NCBI RefSeq assembly: GCF_009914755.1
Contig: NC_060933.1
DNA length: 64,000 bases
Direction: 5' to 3' (one strand)
DNA from: the human T2T-CHM13v2.0 reference genome, Homo sapiens
The notes below the pieces were generated by a model. It was not told the DNA's origin and made no database searches. It saw only the letters and a program-made list of their open reading frames with translations. This document shows positions 44,330 through 57,461 of this stretch, in pieces. Position 1 is the stretch's first letter. The number at the start of each line of letters is the position of its first letter. A program made the translations under genes and the position numbers.

Positions 44330-45670
44330 TTCACTTTACATTTTCTTATCCAATCAGGCCTTGAAACTCACCATCCATCCAAACAACTTTTATAACAATC
44401 ATCAATGATCAATGCTGAAAAGCTTGATTTTCAGTGTACATATGACTCACCTCTACATACCTTTCAGCACAGTTGTTCACTCCCTCTTGAAATACCTCAT
44501 CCTCTAGGCTTCTCAGTCTCATAGGCCTTGTTTTCTGATCTCAGCAGTTGATTCTTCCCAGTCTGTCATTTCTCTAAGTTTGGTGTGCCACAGGCCACTG
44601 TCTTTGCCTCTCTTCTTATCTGCACTCTCACTAAATTTAGATATCATCTATACCCCTTATTCTTCAATACAGAGATCTTATATATTGGACTCCATTCTTG
44701 ATATCTCCTTTAGGGTTGCTGTTAGGCATCTGAAACTTAAGAAGTCCAGACAAATGTATTACTTTCTTTTCTCTATCCCCACTCTAGATACCCCTGCCAA
44801 ATTCACTTCTCTCAAAGCCCTTCTCAAGTCACCATGACTGCACCATCACTCACACCAACTGCTCAGGCCAAAAACGAAGAAATCAGCTTTTAATCTCTCT
44901 TTTTCTTCTTGTCACTCCTTAATCCATCAGTTAGTCCCATTCACTCCAAAATATATCCTGAATTCAATCACTTTCATCATCTCCTTGCTTGTACAGTAAG
45001 CCTCCATGTCTATCACCTGGTCTACGGTGACAGACTATTGTGACAGACTCACTGGTATCCCTGCCTCCACCACTGCCTATTCAGTAATTAGTTTGACACA
45101 CAGACAGCAGGCAGAGTGATTTTTAGAAAAAAATCTAAATTCACATTTTTCCTTTGCTTAAAACACTTCAATAGCTTCCTCATTGCAACTAAAGCAAAAT
45201 ACAAGCTCTTTACTCTCTGCCCTAAATGATCTGGCCTTGCTTACTGTTCTCACCTCACTTATTCCACCCACGTGGTCCCAAAGCCTTGAGGTTCAAGCTA
45301 GTTCCTGTCTCATACCCTGGTGGTTGCTGCTCCATCTGAGTGGAACCTTCTTCCTCTAGATCACTATGCGGCTGATTCTTTCTTCACATTCAGGTCTCAG
45401 CTCATATTTCAGAGCTGTCCTCCCTGACATTAGCAATCTCCTCACAGCACCACCCACCATCAAATGCATATTTTCTTTTTATGACACTATTTTATCTTCC
45501 TCAGAGCACAGTCAATAGCTGAAATTATCTTACTTAGTTCTTCATGAGTTTGCTAAACAATTCCTCACTACTAAACTGTAAGTCCCTAGAGGGTCCAGAC
45601 ATTTGTTCCTCACTATAATCTCAGGACCTAGGAAAACGTTCAGTGGCATTTGGTGGCTGACTTACTGACT
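44330..45670 (+). mobile_element. Long L2 relic
   Basis: ttcagcacagttgttcactccctcttgaaatac; gctcaggccaaaaac; gcttaaaacacttcaatagcttcctcattgca. Confidence 0.8.
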
Positions 45671-46446
45671 CAGGATGTCTCTGTATCATGCATTAAAATT
45701 TATCTTTCTACTGAAGAGCTCACATTTTGATTGATAACGCATTTCTCAGAAATTGTCCTTGTGGAATTGTTTTGGGGGCTTATTATTTATTATCGTTACT
45801 CTGGGGTTTATTATTAATTCGTTTTGGCTGACCTGTAGAAATCTGTCTTTTTGGCTGCCTCTGTCTCGAGCAATCCCAGTCTGATACTCCCTCTGCCTCC
45901 ACTACTGTCTCTTCATCAACATCTCCATCTTGATCTTATCTCTATCTTGGTCTCTAATATCTTTATCTAATTTAGTTCCTTTGAGGCTTTATTTTTGTAT
46001 TCCTCTTTTGTTTAAACACAAGCGAAAGGGCTTCCTTTAAAATGAGCGTAATAATGGCAAACAACGGTATTTACTAAGCATTAGAAACCATTATCATCAT
46101 ATCCAAGCAGCTTGCTGCTTTAGTTAATGTCTTCAAAAGATGAGACGTTTTAGCTGTTATTAAAAAAAAATCATTATGGGACAGTTCTTTACTGCAAAAT
46201 TGGATATCCTGTAGATCAAATCATGTTTCCTAAAATAGTCTTACTTAGGATTCCTGGTAAAATAGGGCTAGTCCATTCCATGTCTTCATGTCATGTTATA
46301 CAGAGGCCCAACTCAATCCTTTGATGTCTGAGGTCATATTCACTTCCAGGGTAACTCATGTTTCTAGGCAATATATTTTAGATTTATTTATTTGTTCTGA
46401 AAATATGCATTGAATCCCCACAATGTGCTAGGCAATGTGACATATA

Positions 46447-46920
46447 CAGACAATTCTCAACTTAGAATGATTTGACTTAATGTTTTTTTTATTTTACCAT
46501 GTAGCAAAAGCAATACACATTCAGTAGAAACTATACTTCGAATTTTGAATTTTGATCATTTCCCACAATAGTGATATGAGGTGTAATACTCTCCACTCTT
46601 TTGCCATGCTGGGCAACAGCAGTGAGCTCTGCAGCACCCAGTCCAGCCACACGATCAGGAGGGTAAACAGTTAATACTCTGCAATCTTTCCAGAGGATTT
46701 TGCCTAATTATAGGCTGATAGAAGTGTTCTGAGCATGTTTAACGTGGGCTAGGCTAGGCAATGATGTTTGGTAGGTTAGGTGTATTGAATGCATTTTTAA
46801 TTTAATTTAAGATATTTTAATTTAATTTAAGATGTTTTATGATGTGTGTATTTTTATGGTATGTGTATTTTATAGTGTGTGTATTGGGTTGTAACCTTTT
46901 TGTATGTTGAGGAGCGTCTG
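46447..46920 (-). mobile_element. MER47/Tigger5-type DNA transposon
   Basis: TA|cagacaattctcaactta ... gttgaggagcgtctg|TA; internal gtgttctgagcatgtttaa...ggctaggcta...gtaggttaggtgtatt. Confidence 0.85.
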
Positions 46921-47012
46921 TATTGGGAATGCAGCAGGAATGAGCAAAACAGACATGTTCTCTGTCTTCCTGAGTCTCAAAAGGGAGGCAGATATTAATA
47001 AGATAATACATT

Positions 47013-47743
47013 TGATAAGGAAGGGGGGGCAGGGAAATGCTGGGTAGAGAAGGGCTAGGTCCCTGGCAAGGGTTCCACCCTTGGGCCTGTGCCCATAGAC
47101 CTAAATGAGAACACGCACTCCTGTTTTTGTGCCCAAAAGTTGCATTTCCAAGACCACTCTAGCCTACCATGCCTCTCCACCCCCATCCTGTGCCCATATA
47201 AACCTGAGACCTTAGCGGGCACACACACAAGCGGCTGAATGTTGAGAAGAGCAGAGGAACAGAGCCGCAGAGAACAGAAGAGGGAGGCAGAGAGCGCAGA
47301 GAACAGTAGGGCAGCGCCGCAGAGAAGGAGGAAGAGGTGTCTGAACCAAGCCGACCGCCAAGAAGAACGGCGGAACTCCAGGCAAAGATTACCTCTCCCG
47401 CCTCCACCTTCCCACTCCAGCTCCCCATCCCGCTGAAAGCCACATTTACTGCTCAATAAAGTCTCCACATTCATCACCTTTTAAACAGTTCGTGTGATCT
47501 GATTGGTCCAGGATGCCGGCCAAGAATCCGGGGGTTAACAGCCGTCCCTGGATGACAAGGCTAAAGGAGCACACTGTAACACACGCTCACTTGGGTTCCG
47601 GCACCTGTTCATCTGCGTGCTCCCCCTCGTCTCAGGGGTTTGAGCAACAGGGCCACCGAACAGACAAGCCACACCCCTGCCACACGTCCTGCAAAGGGGG
47701 ATCAGAGAGTGAAAAAATTAGCTAACATTTCTCTCTCGTTTCA
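47013..47743 (+). mobile_element. ERV1 solo LTR (LTR1/LTR27/LTR28 group)
   Basis: TG...CA ends, 4-bp TSD CATT (47009-47012 and 47744-47747), TATA-like catataaa at about 47195, AATAAA at 47455-47460, local GC/CpG enrichment. Confidence 0.88.
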
Positions 47744-47759
47744 CATTCATAGAGTGAGA

Positions 47760-47990
47760 AAAATAGCTAACATTTATTGGATGCATGTTTATGGTGTGCC
47801 AGACACTGTCCTAAGTGCTTTACAATTATTTATTCATTTAATCCTCACAACTCTATGATGTAGTAACTACTAGTTGCTCCATTGTGCAGAGGAAGAAACT
47901 AAAACCACATCACTGTTAAGAAGCAAAGATGAAATTCAAAATCAAGCTCTACAGGCAATATTTTCAATCATTACATTTTACTGTCTGGTG
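47760..47990 (-). mobile_element. MIR
   Basis: gctaacatttattgg...gtgccagacactgtcctaagtgcttt...tttaatcctcacaac. Confidence 0.8.
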
Positions 47991-50900
47991 AGACTGTTAA
48001 AAAAAACGAGAAGCAAGAATCATTTCAAGTAAATTCATAATTATAATAATAAGTTCCATGGACCTAAAGTAAGAAATATAAGAAGCGACCTAGTCTGGGG
48101 AATCAGGGAAGATTTTCTTAGATGTCAGAACTGAGATGGAAATGATTTAATGAATTTATATTTTATTCCCTTCAGCCTTGTTCTGCCCTACCTAATACTA
48201 CTTGAACTTCCTTTTCAAAGAAATACAGATAGAGGTGCCTCATTGACAATTTGGTAGTTAATTCATTGTTATGACCTTTCCACTTCCTGCAATGTAATCA
48301 ATCTCTGCTGTTGCTTAACATAATGTGAAGCCAGAACAAATGCATATGGGTCAGATGCACTTAAATGACTTCCATGGGTGGCCATGGTCTGTCTTCAGGA
48401 GGAACATGAATTTCTGACAGCTTCAATAGTAACCTTAAGATGTGAACAATATTAGTATTGATTCTTTTGTGACCCATTCTAGTCACTTGCAAATAAAGCC
48501 ATTGTTTAGAAAGGGATTGGAGGTATTTAAGAATATCAGAATCAGATTATGCAATCAGGGTGCTGGAAAGACTGACATTACTGCATTTGATTTATGACAC
48601 ATAGTAAACCATTTCAGGGAAATAGTGCCTCCCCTTTTAAAGCTGGTCATTAGGAGAAACTTCCTCATTGTCCAGGTGGTGAGCACTAGAGTGTGCTACC
48701 AGAGGAAGTCATCACAGGTTCTTTTCAAGCAACCATTCATTTAATTCTCAGATGGACCAGGAAGCTTCAATTTGTTCCTTGAACACAGATTTCTTTCTTC
48801 ACCCCAGCCCTTACCTAAAAATGTGGAACGTTGCACACAAGGGAGACGGAGAGAAATAATGAGAGTGAATGTGTTGTCAAATGACCAGGTTTTATAGTCT
48901 CTCAAGTCAGGGAGATTGATCTCCCTTTTTTCCCTTCTCACTTTCAAATGAAACTCACAGATTTCAGAAAAGAAACCACAATCTTGTAATGAGGTGGTGA
49001 GACTAAATCAGCAAATGAGAAGCAAAAAACATCCTAACAGCAATTATTCAACAGCCGCTAAAATTTGCAAAAGATGCCAGTATCTCCCAGGAGAGTAAAC
49101 AATCATGATGTTGAAATGTCAACTGTGCAAACAGCAGGTTAAAAATGTAGTGCAAAATTTCCCAGCAGTAAGTATTTTTTCTTATGGAGTGTAGCAGTAT
49201 GCACAATAGTCTGTAAGTAGCCCCAGGGTTGTAGCTACATCAGCAGAAATGTCTGTACTTCTTTGTCCATGATAATGGTGTAATGAACTGAACTGCAGAC
49301 ATGCTGGCTGGATAAATTTACTATCACCAATTATTGTTTATATCTAATAAGCTTAAATGATAGAATCCAAATCCAACTCGGAAAAGCATCCATTTGACTG
49401 CTCTTCTTTATGGCTACTTTATTATCTGATGCTGTATACATTTGGCACAGTCAAGAAAAACCTCCCTTTTGGTTGCCCTGGTAATGCCTTCTTCATATGT
49501 CCTCTGAAGTATTCCAGATTGGCAGCTTCTGAGAAGTAAGAAATGAATATAGAGGGGGGTCATATTATTTTAAAGCTAAACTATTTTTAATACACTCATC
49601 TCTATAGTTTAAGCAACATTGATTTTGTTTTGATTTAGCCTTTTATCATTGTTCCCAGTAATAACAGAGACATTTCTAACACTATATATGCCTAAAATTT
49701 TAAGACAATATTGAGACAATTATTTGTACCCTTAATTGTGGCAAGCAACCACAGTTAAGGAATTAGGATTTGGGATTAGTGGATAGCGAAGTTTGGCTTC
49801 CTTTTTGGAATACTCCCTTTCAGAATTCTCCTGGGAAAGGCCATTGCTACAATTCTTCAAGCTTAATGTTTCTGCTAGGGAGGGGAGTGGAAAGGAGCAT
49901 GAAGGCCGAAGTTGCTCACTTCTCCCTTGATAGTTCTTTGGCGAGGCTTTCCTTTTAATGTTGACTCATTGCACCCTGCTGATTATCAAGTGGGGAAAAA
50001 AAGAGAACTCCTCATTGCAAAAAGGTCTGTGGGGGGTAAGGGCCAGTCTATGGAAGCACCACATATGTAATAGACTTAGAAAAAAGGAGAATGAGAACAA
50101 TGCTACAATTTAGATGAAGAGTGCAAAATGAGTTAGTTGCTGAGAATAAAATATTTTTCAATCAGAAGGGTCCTGAGGCCCTGTCAGTGAATGAACGCTA
50201 ATAGTAGTCAATGGATCACTAAGTAACTAATGTGATCTTGATTTTAAGACTTGAATAGTAAATTAGACTTCATGATTCTCAGGAATTTAACATTATTTAT
50301 GCAGAGCAATGTGTTGTCCAGTGTTGAGGAGACTGGAATTATACGTCTTTTATGTATCTTTTTGAATAAGATAATGTGGTTTTTGTGACAGCTTTATAGA
50401 TAAAGCCAATTACAGCATATTTTCTTCCATTGGCACTAGGGGACTATTTTGTAGCATTGCTAAGCCATAGTAGTAGAAAGCACTATATGAAAGGAGAGAT
50501 GGTGTCTTGTGGCCAACCCCCCAAATGAGATCAAGGTCATAGATATTAATGTGGTCTAGGAAATACGTATATGATCCCTACCATGATAGGGTTCTGTTTA
50601 TATTATAGAAATAATAGAAGTATGGTAATGGGTCATTTTGGCTAAGAGATCCAGAATTAAATTTATCATCTTTGTTCAAAGCATAAATCTTCAGAAATAA
50701 TGGAGTAGTGATTTGTCTTATGCGTTTCTATGGCTAGCCTGACATTTTTATGCTAGATGAGTGAGCATCTACCTTTCACATTATAAGGTCTATGCTAACA
50801 TCTCCCAGATGTTTATCAAAAGTCCTCAAAGTAACTTTGCAGACTGTCACATAAAATTTCGCAGTAAACCTCCAACATATGAATATGTCATAGGACATAT

Positions 50901-52904
50901 TTTATAAATCCCACACAATAGTAGAAAGCTCAAGATTGAATCTTTAACTCTTGTAAATGTTTTCAGAAACCTTTGGAAAGGATTCTAAATGATAGTAACA
51001 CACAGGCAATTTCAAAATATTCCTATGACCCTTGGCAATGGACTCACTCTTTAAACAGCCTGCTCACATTTTCCTAGCCATAACCTGTATTCTAACTCTT
51101 TGTTTTTTTTTTCTTCTCTTTTGAAATTGAATTTTTCTAGGAAGATGAGATGCTTACCCATTTCTAGAGGCCGGACATGATAAAGGAAGCTAATGATAAA
51201 TATGTTAATGTGTATTTGAGGTCAAATAGGTCTCAGAAAATTCAAATGACCTTTTCTGGTAAGAAATAAGATTCATTATTTATCTATGTCACCAGCTTCA
51301 GATGATAATAAATACAGTTTCAAGGTGCTAAGGGGGTAATCTAAAGGCAGCTTTAAAAAATATACCATTTATTGAAACAGAGTACAATTTTCTGCTTATG
51401 GGACCTTTGGTAGAATACACTTGGTTTTGTGGAGGCAGCAGAGCCTGGTTATTAATGTGTCAGGAGGGAAGTTAGGACCTACGAATTCCATAGTTGATGT
51501 TGTAGCAGCTCACGCTGCCGTCTAAGTTCTCAGAAGGACCTCTGCATCTGTAGTGATTTAGAGGAGAGAGAACTGGACTTAAAATCAGAAAATTTTATTT
51601 TTTTACTTGCTCGGTAAAATAAATTACCCAACGCTCAGTTTGTTCATTTGTAATTTGGGAGAATAATACCTTCCTCTCAAAGTTGTTTTAGGTTTTTACG
51701 TATATGCAAGGTTAAGTGACTGAAATTACTTTGCAAATTGTAAAATGCATATCAAGGTGAGTGATTATTTTTATTACACAAGTACAAAAATGTTTTAAAA
51801 ATTATTATACAAGTACCCAAGGCCCCAAGGAAGTGAAACACTCTAGCCTGACTCTACACTGCATTTATTCCTTTTTCAGTTATGAAAGTCTCAGAGAATG
51901 ATAGATGTCATTTTATGATCTATCAACATGATGGCTTAAAGAACATTTCAAAAAGTGTTGCTTGGATGCCTTGAACGTAAACCTATTCTACATAAAATTG
52001 GTCTCTTTTACTGTTATTCTCTAAATTGTTTTTCCTGGAAATCCTGTTTTAGAGAACTCCGGGTGAATCTCAGTGATTTTGGGGTCCGGGAGAAGAAAAT
52101 ACAGAGATTAGATTTGAAGTATGGACAGTATCAGTTCAGTCTTTAAGAACAGGAGAGGTAATTATAGGTAAATGATCACTGGGAGTCTAGGCAGGGTAGA
52201 GATGGGTGGGTGGAAACTGGGGAGCTAAGATAATTAAGGCTCTAAGTCTCAACTATCAAAAAATCTTAAATGACAGATAGTAGCTATTTGGTATTCCAAC
52301 AAATCTTTCTATTTTGGAGAATTCTTACTGAGTCTCATGCATACATACAAATTAACATAAAAATTCACTTGTTGTATAGAGAATGTCAAGTATATGCAAA
52401 TACTGGTAATCTTTTGCAGACATCAGTGGCATCAATGTATATATTAAGATTTGGCAGATGACTGATGCCCCAAGTCCATATTCAAGGGTAAGAATTTAGT
52501 GTTTGGATGGAGATCTCCTCTAGTTTAGAGATCTGCAATAGGCTGATACCTTCCAATTTCCACCCTGTTCTGTGGATTCATGTTGTAACTCAGGGATTTC
52601 TATTTATGGCAAAATTATATAATCAGTTTACTCAAGTTGCTTTCCTAAGGGAGGGACGACTGAGAAAAGTCAACCTCTGGTGATGAGGTATCCCAGGTAG
52701 AAATTTTGCCAAACAATTATGGTAACATTATGTGGTACAGAGTTGACTGGCAACCAGACATGGTTTTAGGCACTCTGAATGACAAAGCAGATGGCTAAAG
52801 CAAATCATTCACATTAATAGATTTCTTCTAAAGTTTGAATTGTCTGATTTTGACTGTTTAGTTCAGATGAATTGGAAAATTGCAGTCTCCACAGCTCTGA
52901 GCAG

Positions 52905-53490
52905 TTATGCTATGTTTTCTCATATACATACATATAATAAAATTCAATTTATAAATTAATTGAAGAGATTAATAACAATAACTAATAACAAAATAGGACA
53001 ATATAACAATATACTGTAATAAAAGTTTTGTGAATGTGGCCTCTCTCTCTTAAAATATCTTACTGTACTGTACTCACCCTCGTCCTTCTTGTGATAATGT
53101 AAGATGATAAGATCCCTATGTGATGAGATGAAGTGAGGTGAATGGCATTGGCATTGTCACAGAGCATTAGGCTACTACTGAACTTCTGACCATATGTCAG
53201 GAGGACCATCTGCTTTGGGAGATCCTGGATCATCGAGCCATGATGACATCTATGGTTGGATGTCAGGGGCAGATGATGCTGATAACCAACAGGCGGGTAG
53301 TGCATACAGCCCGGATTCACTGACCGAAGGGATGATTCACACATCCCGATAGGTCAGGGTGGGACGGTGGGAGATTTCATCATGATACTCAGAATAGCGT
53401 CCAATGGAAAACTTATGAATTGTTTATTTTCGGTTGACTATGGGTAACTGAAACCTTGGAAAGCAAAACCTTGAAGAGGGGAGACTACTG
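52905..53490 (-). mobile_element. MER44/Tigger7-type DNA transposon
   Basis: Ends ggtaactgaaaccttggaaagcaaaacc...ggggagactactg|TA. Confidence 0.82.
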
Positions 53491-54256
53491 TATTCCACCC
53501 ATTACGTTTCTGGTTCTGGTGGGCTTTGCCAGTAGAGGCCACTAGGGGGAGACTGCAAGACTGAAGGAAGAGAAAGGGTTTGCTGCTTCTTGTCTGTCTT
53601 TTCTGTCTTTGATTTGCTTTCTGTGGGTTACCTGACTGCTCTAGGTTCCTGTAAGCATCACCCCAGCAATACTTCTTCAACTTGTTAGTGGTTCTTTTCC
53701 AGGGCAGTGGCGGAATCTAGTGCTGTCTTTCAAAACTGGAGATAATTGATAGCGAAATGAGCATTGGAAAGCTGGACAGAGTAGGGGTGGGTGAATGGAA
53801 ACTAGAGAGCTAAGATAATTAAGGCTCCAAGTCTCGACTTTCAAAAAATCTTTAATGAGAGACAGTAGCTATTTTTCAATATTTGTAGAACCACTTTATT
53901 CCGTGCCCTCGGAGATACCATCAACCAGCAGGGTAAAGGTCTGAACCTGAGCTCTTTAGGTTCCCTCCTTGGAGCTCAACGATTCCATCACCAGCTGAGC
54001 AACACCCCTTTTCCTCAGATGCCTGAATTTCAGCTTTATGGGGCTACCCCTCTAAGCCTCTAAATATTTCTATTTCCAGTCTCTTGTTCTTTCCTCAGCT
54101 CAATGAATGGCAACTGCTTGGAGAATTTAAATTCACGATATCATAAAGTTCTCCTATTATCCTTCCAACTACCTAATTGACAAGTTTGTACTTAATTAAC
54201 AATTCTTTTCATTAAAATTTCACTCTTCAAATAACTGACTAAGTCTCACCAATACA
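53491..54256 (+). mobile_element. Old ERVL-class LTR (LTR41/LTR33-like)
   Basis: ctttgccagtagaggccactagggggagactg...gaaggaagagaa pattern; 3' attaaaatt...caaataactg...aataca end. Confidence 0.5.
53539..53552 (+). promoter_or_regulatory. Candidate CTCF core motif CCACTAGGGGGAGA
   Basis: Close to consensus CCASYAGRKGGCRS. Motif match only. Confidence 0.5.
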
Positions 54257-54789
54257 CTTACTATCTGATGGTTTAATTAATTACTTGGAAAACCTAGAAA
54301 GATCTTGATTTTGCACTAAATTTCTCTCTTAATGACTATCACCCAGAAGAGCCTTTTGAACTACAGAGTGCAATTCTTCCTGGACTTCACTAGCTTCAAA
54401 CCAGGTCATGGGTTTCACTGTACTTCAGAGCTGCTTCAATGTTACAGAACTAAGTGGAAGAACAAATGAGGTAGACAAGGCAGTGAGTAGGAAATGGTGG
54501 GAAAGCCTGGATGGAAATGAAATGACTGACTTCTTGTTCAACCCCAAATTACAGTGATGGATCACCATTCTAGAACTCATCCATAAGATTCCAATAAAAT
54601 GCAGGAACTGATCTGATGAAGTGCCTCTCAACTTCCCAGTAAAATATCAAATAAGACACAAAAATATGAAAGCTCACCACTCTAAAAACATCTACTAATA
54701 ATCAGCTTATTGCTAGAACAGAAGGATATTGCACAAACTACCAGCTAGTGGAAACAGAATAAAAAATATGAGATCGTTATTCCATGTAA

Positions 54790-55070
54790 CAATGATATAA
54801 CTAATATTCCTGGAAACACTTATTATGGACAAGGCAATTCTTAACACTTCATAGAAATTATTTCATTTAATCCTTATTAAAACTCAATGAGACAGATCCT
54901 ATTATTTCTATCTTATGGGATGAGAAAAGATTAAGATTAAGATTCCTATCTTTGTGAATGAGGAAACTAAGGCATAGAGAGCTTAGGTGACTTAATCATT
55001 GCATTCCACTAGTAATTGGCAGAGATGGGATTCAAACCCAGGTAATCTGGGTCTTCTGGCTCTTAATTCC
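54790..55070 (-). mobile_element. MIR
   Basis: gaggaaactaaggcatagagag...ggcagagatgggattcaaacccagg. Confidence 0.8.
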
Positions 55071-55798
55071 TTTAAAGACTTCCATCCCTTTCCTTCGGCC
55101 ATTTAGTTCAATTGGAAAAGTCACTAGAGCTCCTCTACTGCATGGGCTCTGCTTTCTGGGGCAGTCAGAATGACATTCAATCACTTCTCCGCCCTGATGA
55201 ACATTTTTATTATTTAATATAGGCATCTCCAAGAAGAACGTGTTTGGGAGAGGTTTAATTCCCACAGGAAAAACACCATAGGAGGTAGAAGAATTAGACA
55301 TTCACCCCAGCAGACATGGAACTGACAGCTGTGTTATTTTTAAATGTACTTGATTGGTTCAGATCAGTGATTCCCAGCAAAAAGGGCATATCAGAAACAC
55401 CTGGGAAATTTGTTACATACACAAGCTGATGCCTTCTAAGATTTTGAACCAGGAAGTCTAGGATAGAGCCTAGGTATGTATTCAGTAAAAGATGACTAGG
55501 TAGAGGAACTGTGTATCAGAAAGCAATGCAGCAGAGGATAAATAAATTCCAGCTTGGGTTACCAGAATCACACCACATGCCTGATGGCTGCTGACAACTG
55601 GGATTTGGTTTAGGCAATGTGCTTGGTAACTTAGTGTCTATCTGCATTTATTAGAAGGGGATTTAGCTAGCACATAAGTGAATCCTAAGTTAGACGGTGC
55701 AGTCCAAGTAGCCTATTGGTTGGTAAACAGAGGGTATGGATGGGTTCCTTATTGTTTTTAGAATAAGAATTCTTCCCGCCAATTAAAACCAAAACCAA

Positions 55799-56058
55799 GA
55801 CTGGGTATGGTGCCTCACACCTGTAATCCCAGCACTTTGGGAGGCAGAGGTGGGAGGATTGCTTGATGCCAGGAGTTCAAGACCAGACTGGGCAACAGAG
55901 TGGAGCCCCCATCTCTACAAAACAAAAATAAAAAGTAAAAACAAAAAATTAGCCCTTGAGCCCAGGAGTTTCAGTGAATTCTGACTGTGGCACTGCACTC
56001 CAGTCTGTGCAACAGAGTAAGATCCTGTTTCTGAAAAATAAAAATTAAAAACAAAACA
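55799..56058 (+). mobile_element. AluJ with internal deletions in the right arm
   Basis: ggaggattgcttga and cttgagcccaggagtt diagnostics; degenerate TSD aattaaaa(c/a)caaaac. Confidence 0.88.
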
Positions 56059-57381
56059 AGGAAGCAACATGGGCCCTTACAAATGGTATAGAAAAAGGCA
56101 AAGAAACTAAACGCTGTAGAACAAGGCAAAGAAAATAAAGGACGCATTATGAAAACGATTTACTTTAGAAGCCAAAAGAAAATTGGAAAAGAAAAACCCT
56201 GACATTTACATAACAAGCAGGATAATTTGATTTTTATGAAACATGAAAAATTCACTAGAGAACATGCTGAGATAGACAATAATAGGATGGAATGAAAAGA
56301 AAGTGTGATATGGAAAGAAACAGGAAAAGTAAATCCAATAATAGATTTCAAATTATGCTTTGGAAACATAAAAAGCTTGGCAAATATTGCAAACATTGAA
56401 TTAGTGAAGTGGAAGACAAAATTAAGAAAATCTTACAGGATATAGAACAAAAGGATCAACAACTATAAATAGTGAGAGAAAAGAGGGGAAAGTGGCTGTG
56501 TGTGTCAGTTAGAACTCAGACAGCTCCTCTTTTATTCCTATTGTCCCCTGTAGTTATTAGCACTTCTCCCTTTTCATTTTCAAATTTTTCTGGTTGGATA
56601 TAAACTATTTGGCCACCTGATGTATAGGGGATAAACAAGAGAACCCCAACCTAAGAATTATGCCCCTAAGAAAGAAGCCATTACAAAAACAGAAGTGCTA
56701 GTGAAAAATACATCAAGATAAATTTTTTTCTGGGATTAAAAAAAATGTCAATTTGATGGACCCAAATTAATCTTGACAAAATCAATGCAAATGAACTATT
56801 CATAGACATGTCTGACAAAATGTTTTAATTAGAAAAACTGTCAAATATTTTGGAAGAAAGAAAACTAAAAAGGTGATCTTCAAAGGGATAAATGTAAATA
56901 TCATGGGCTTCTCAGTTCTGCTACATTAAATGTCCAATGATCATAAAGTGATATCTAAGTGAGTTTATTTGGGAAAGAATTTTATGCCCTGTCAATCTGT
57001 CTTTTATTTTTAAGAAAAATAACAAAGACAGGCTGGAATACATAAGGATGTGGAAAATATGCCATTCATATACTCAATATGAAAAGGATCCTTGGACATT
57101 CTTCAATCAACTAGTATTATTTTCCTCTTCCAGGAATGTATGATAAGGAAATAAGAGCCTGTGAATAAAGACCTTTATCATGGGACATTTTGTGACAAAA
57201 ATGGTAAAAAAAAAAAAAAAAAAAAAGAAAATGTGAACATTCTATGCATATCCAAGAGCCTGGAATAATAAGCAGTTAATAAAATAATGGTGTGGGTGGA
57301 CCATGGGCGTCCCATTACATGGGAAATACTGGCAATGCCATATTAAATGAAATAATCTAAATAGAAATTCTCCATGTTTAA

Positions 57382-57461
57382 GGCTGGGCATGGTGGCTCA
57401 TGCCTATAATCCTAGCACTTTGGGAGGCTGAAAATGGGAGCATCTTAAGGCTAGGAGTTCA
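57382..57461 (+). mobile_element. 3'-truncated (tailless) Alu/FLAM 5' fragment with a 17-bp TSD
   Basis: aaattctccatgtttaa at 57365-57381 and 57462-57478 flanks ggctgggcatgg...aggagttca. Confidence 0.92.

Noticed and set aside
47055-47725. Several overlapping ORFs up to 140 aa
   Set aside because: They arise from the GC-rich LTR; no gag/pol/env similarity is recognisable.
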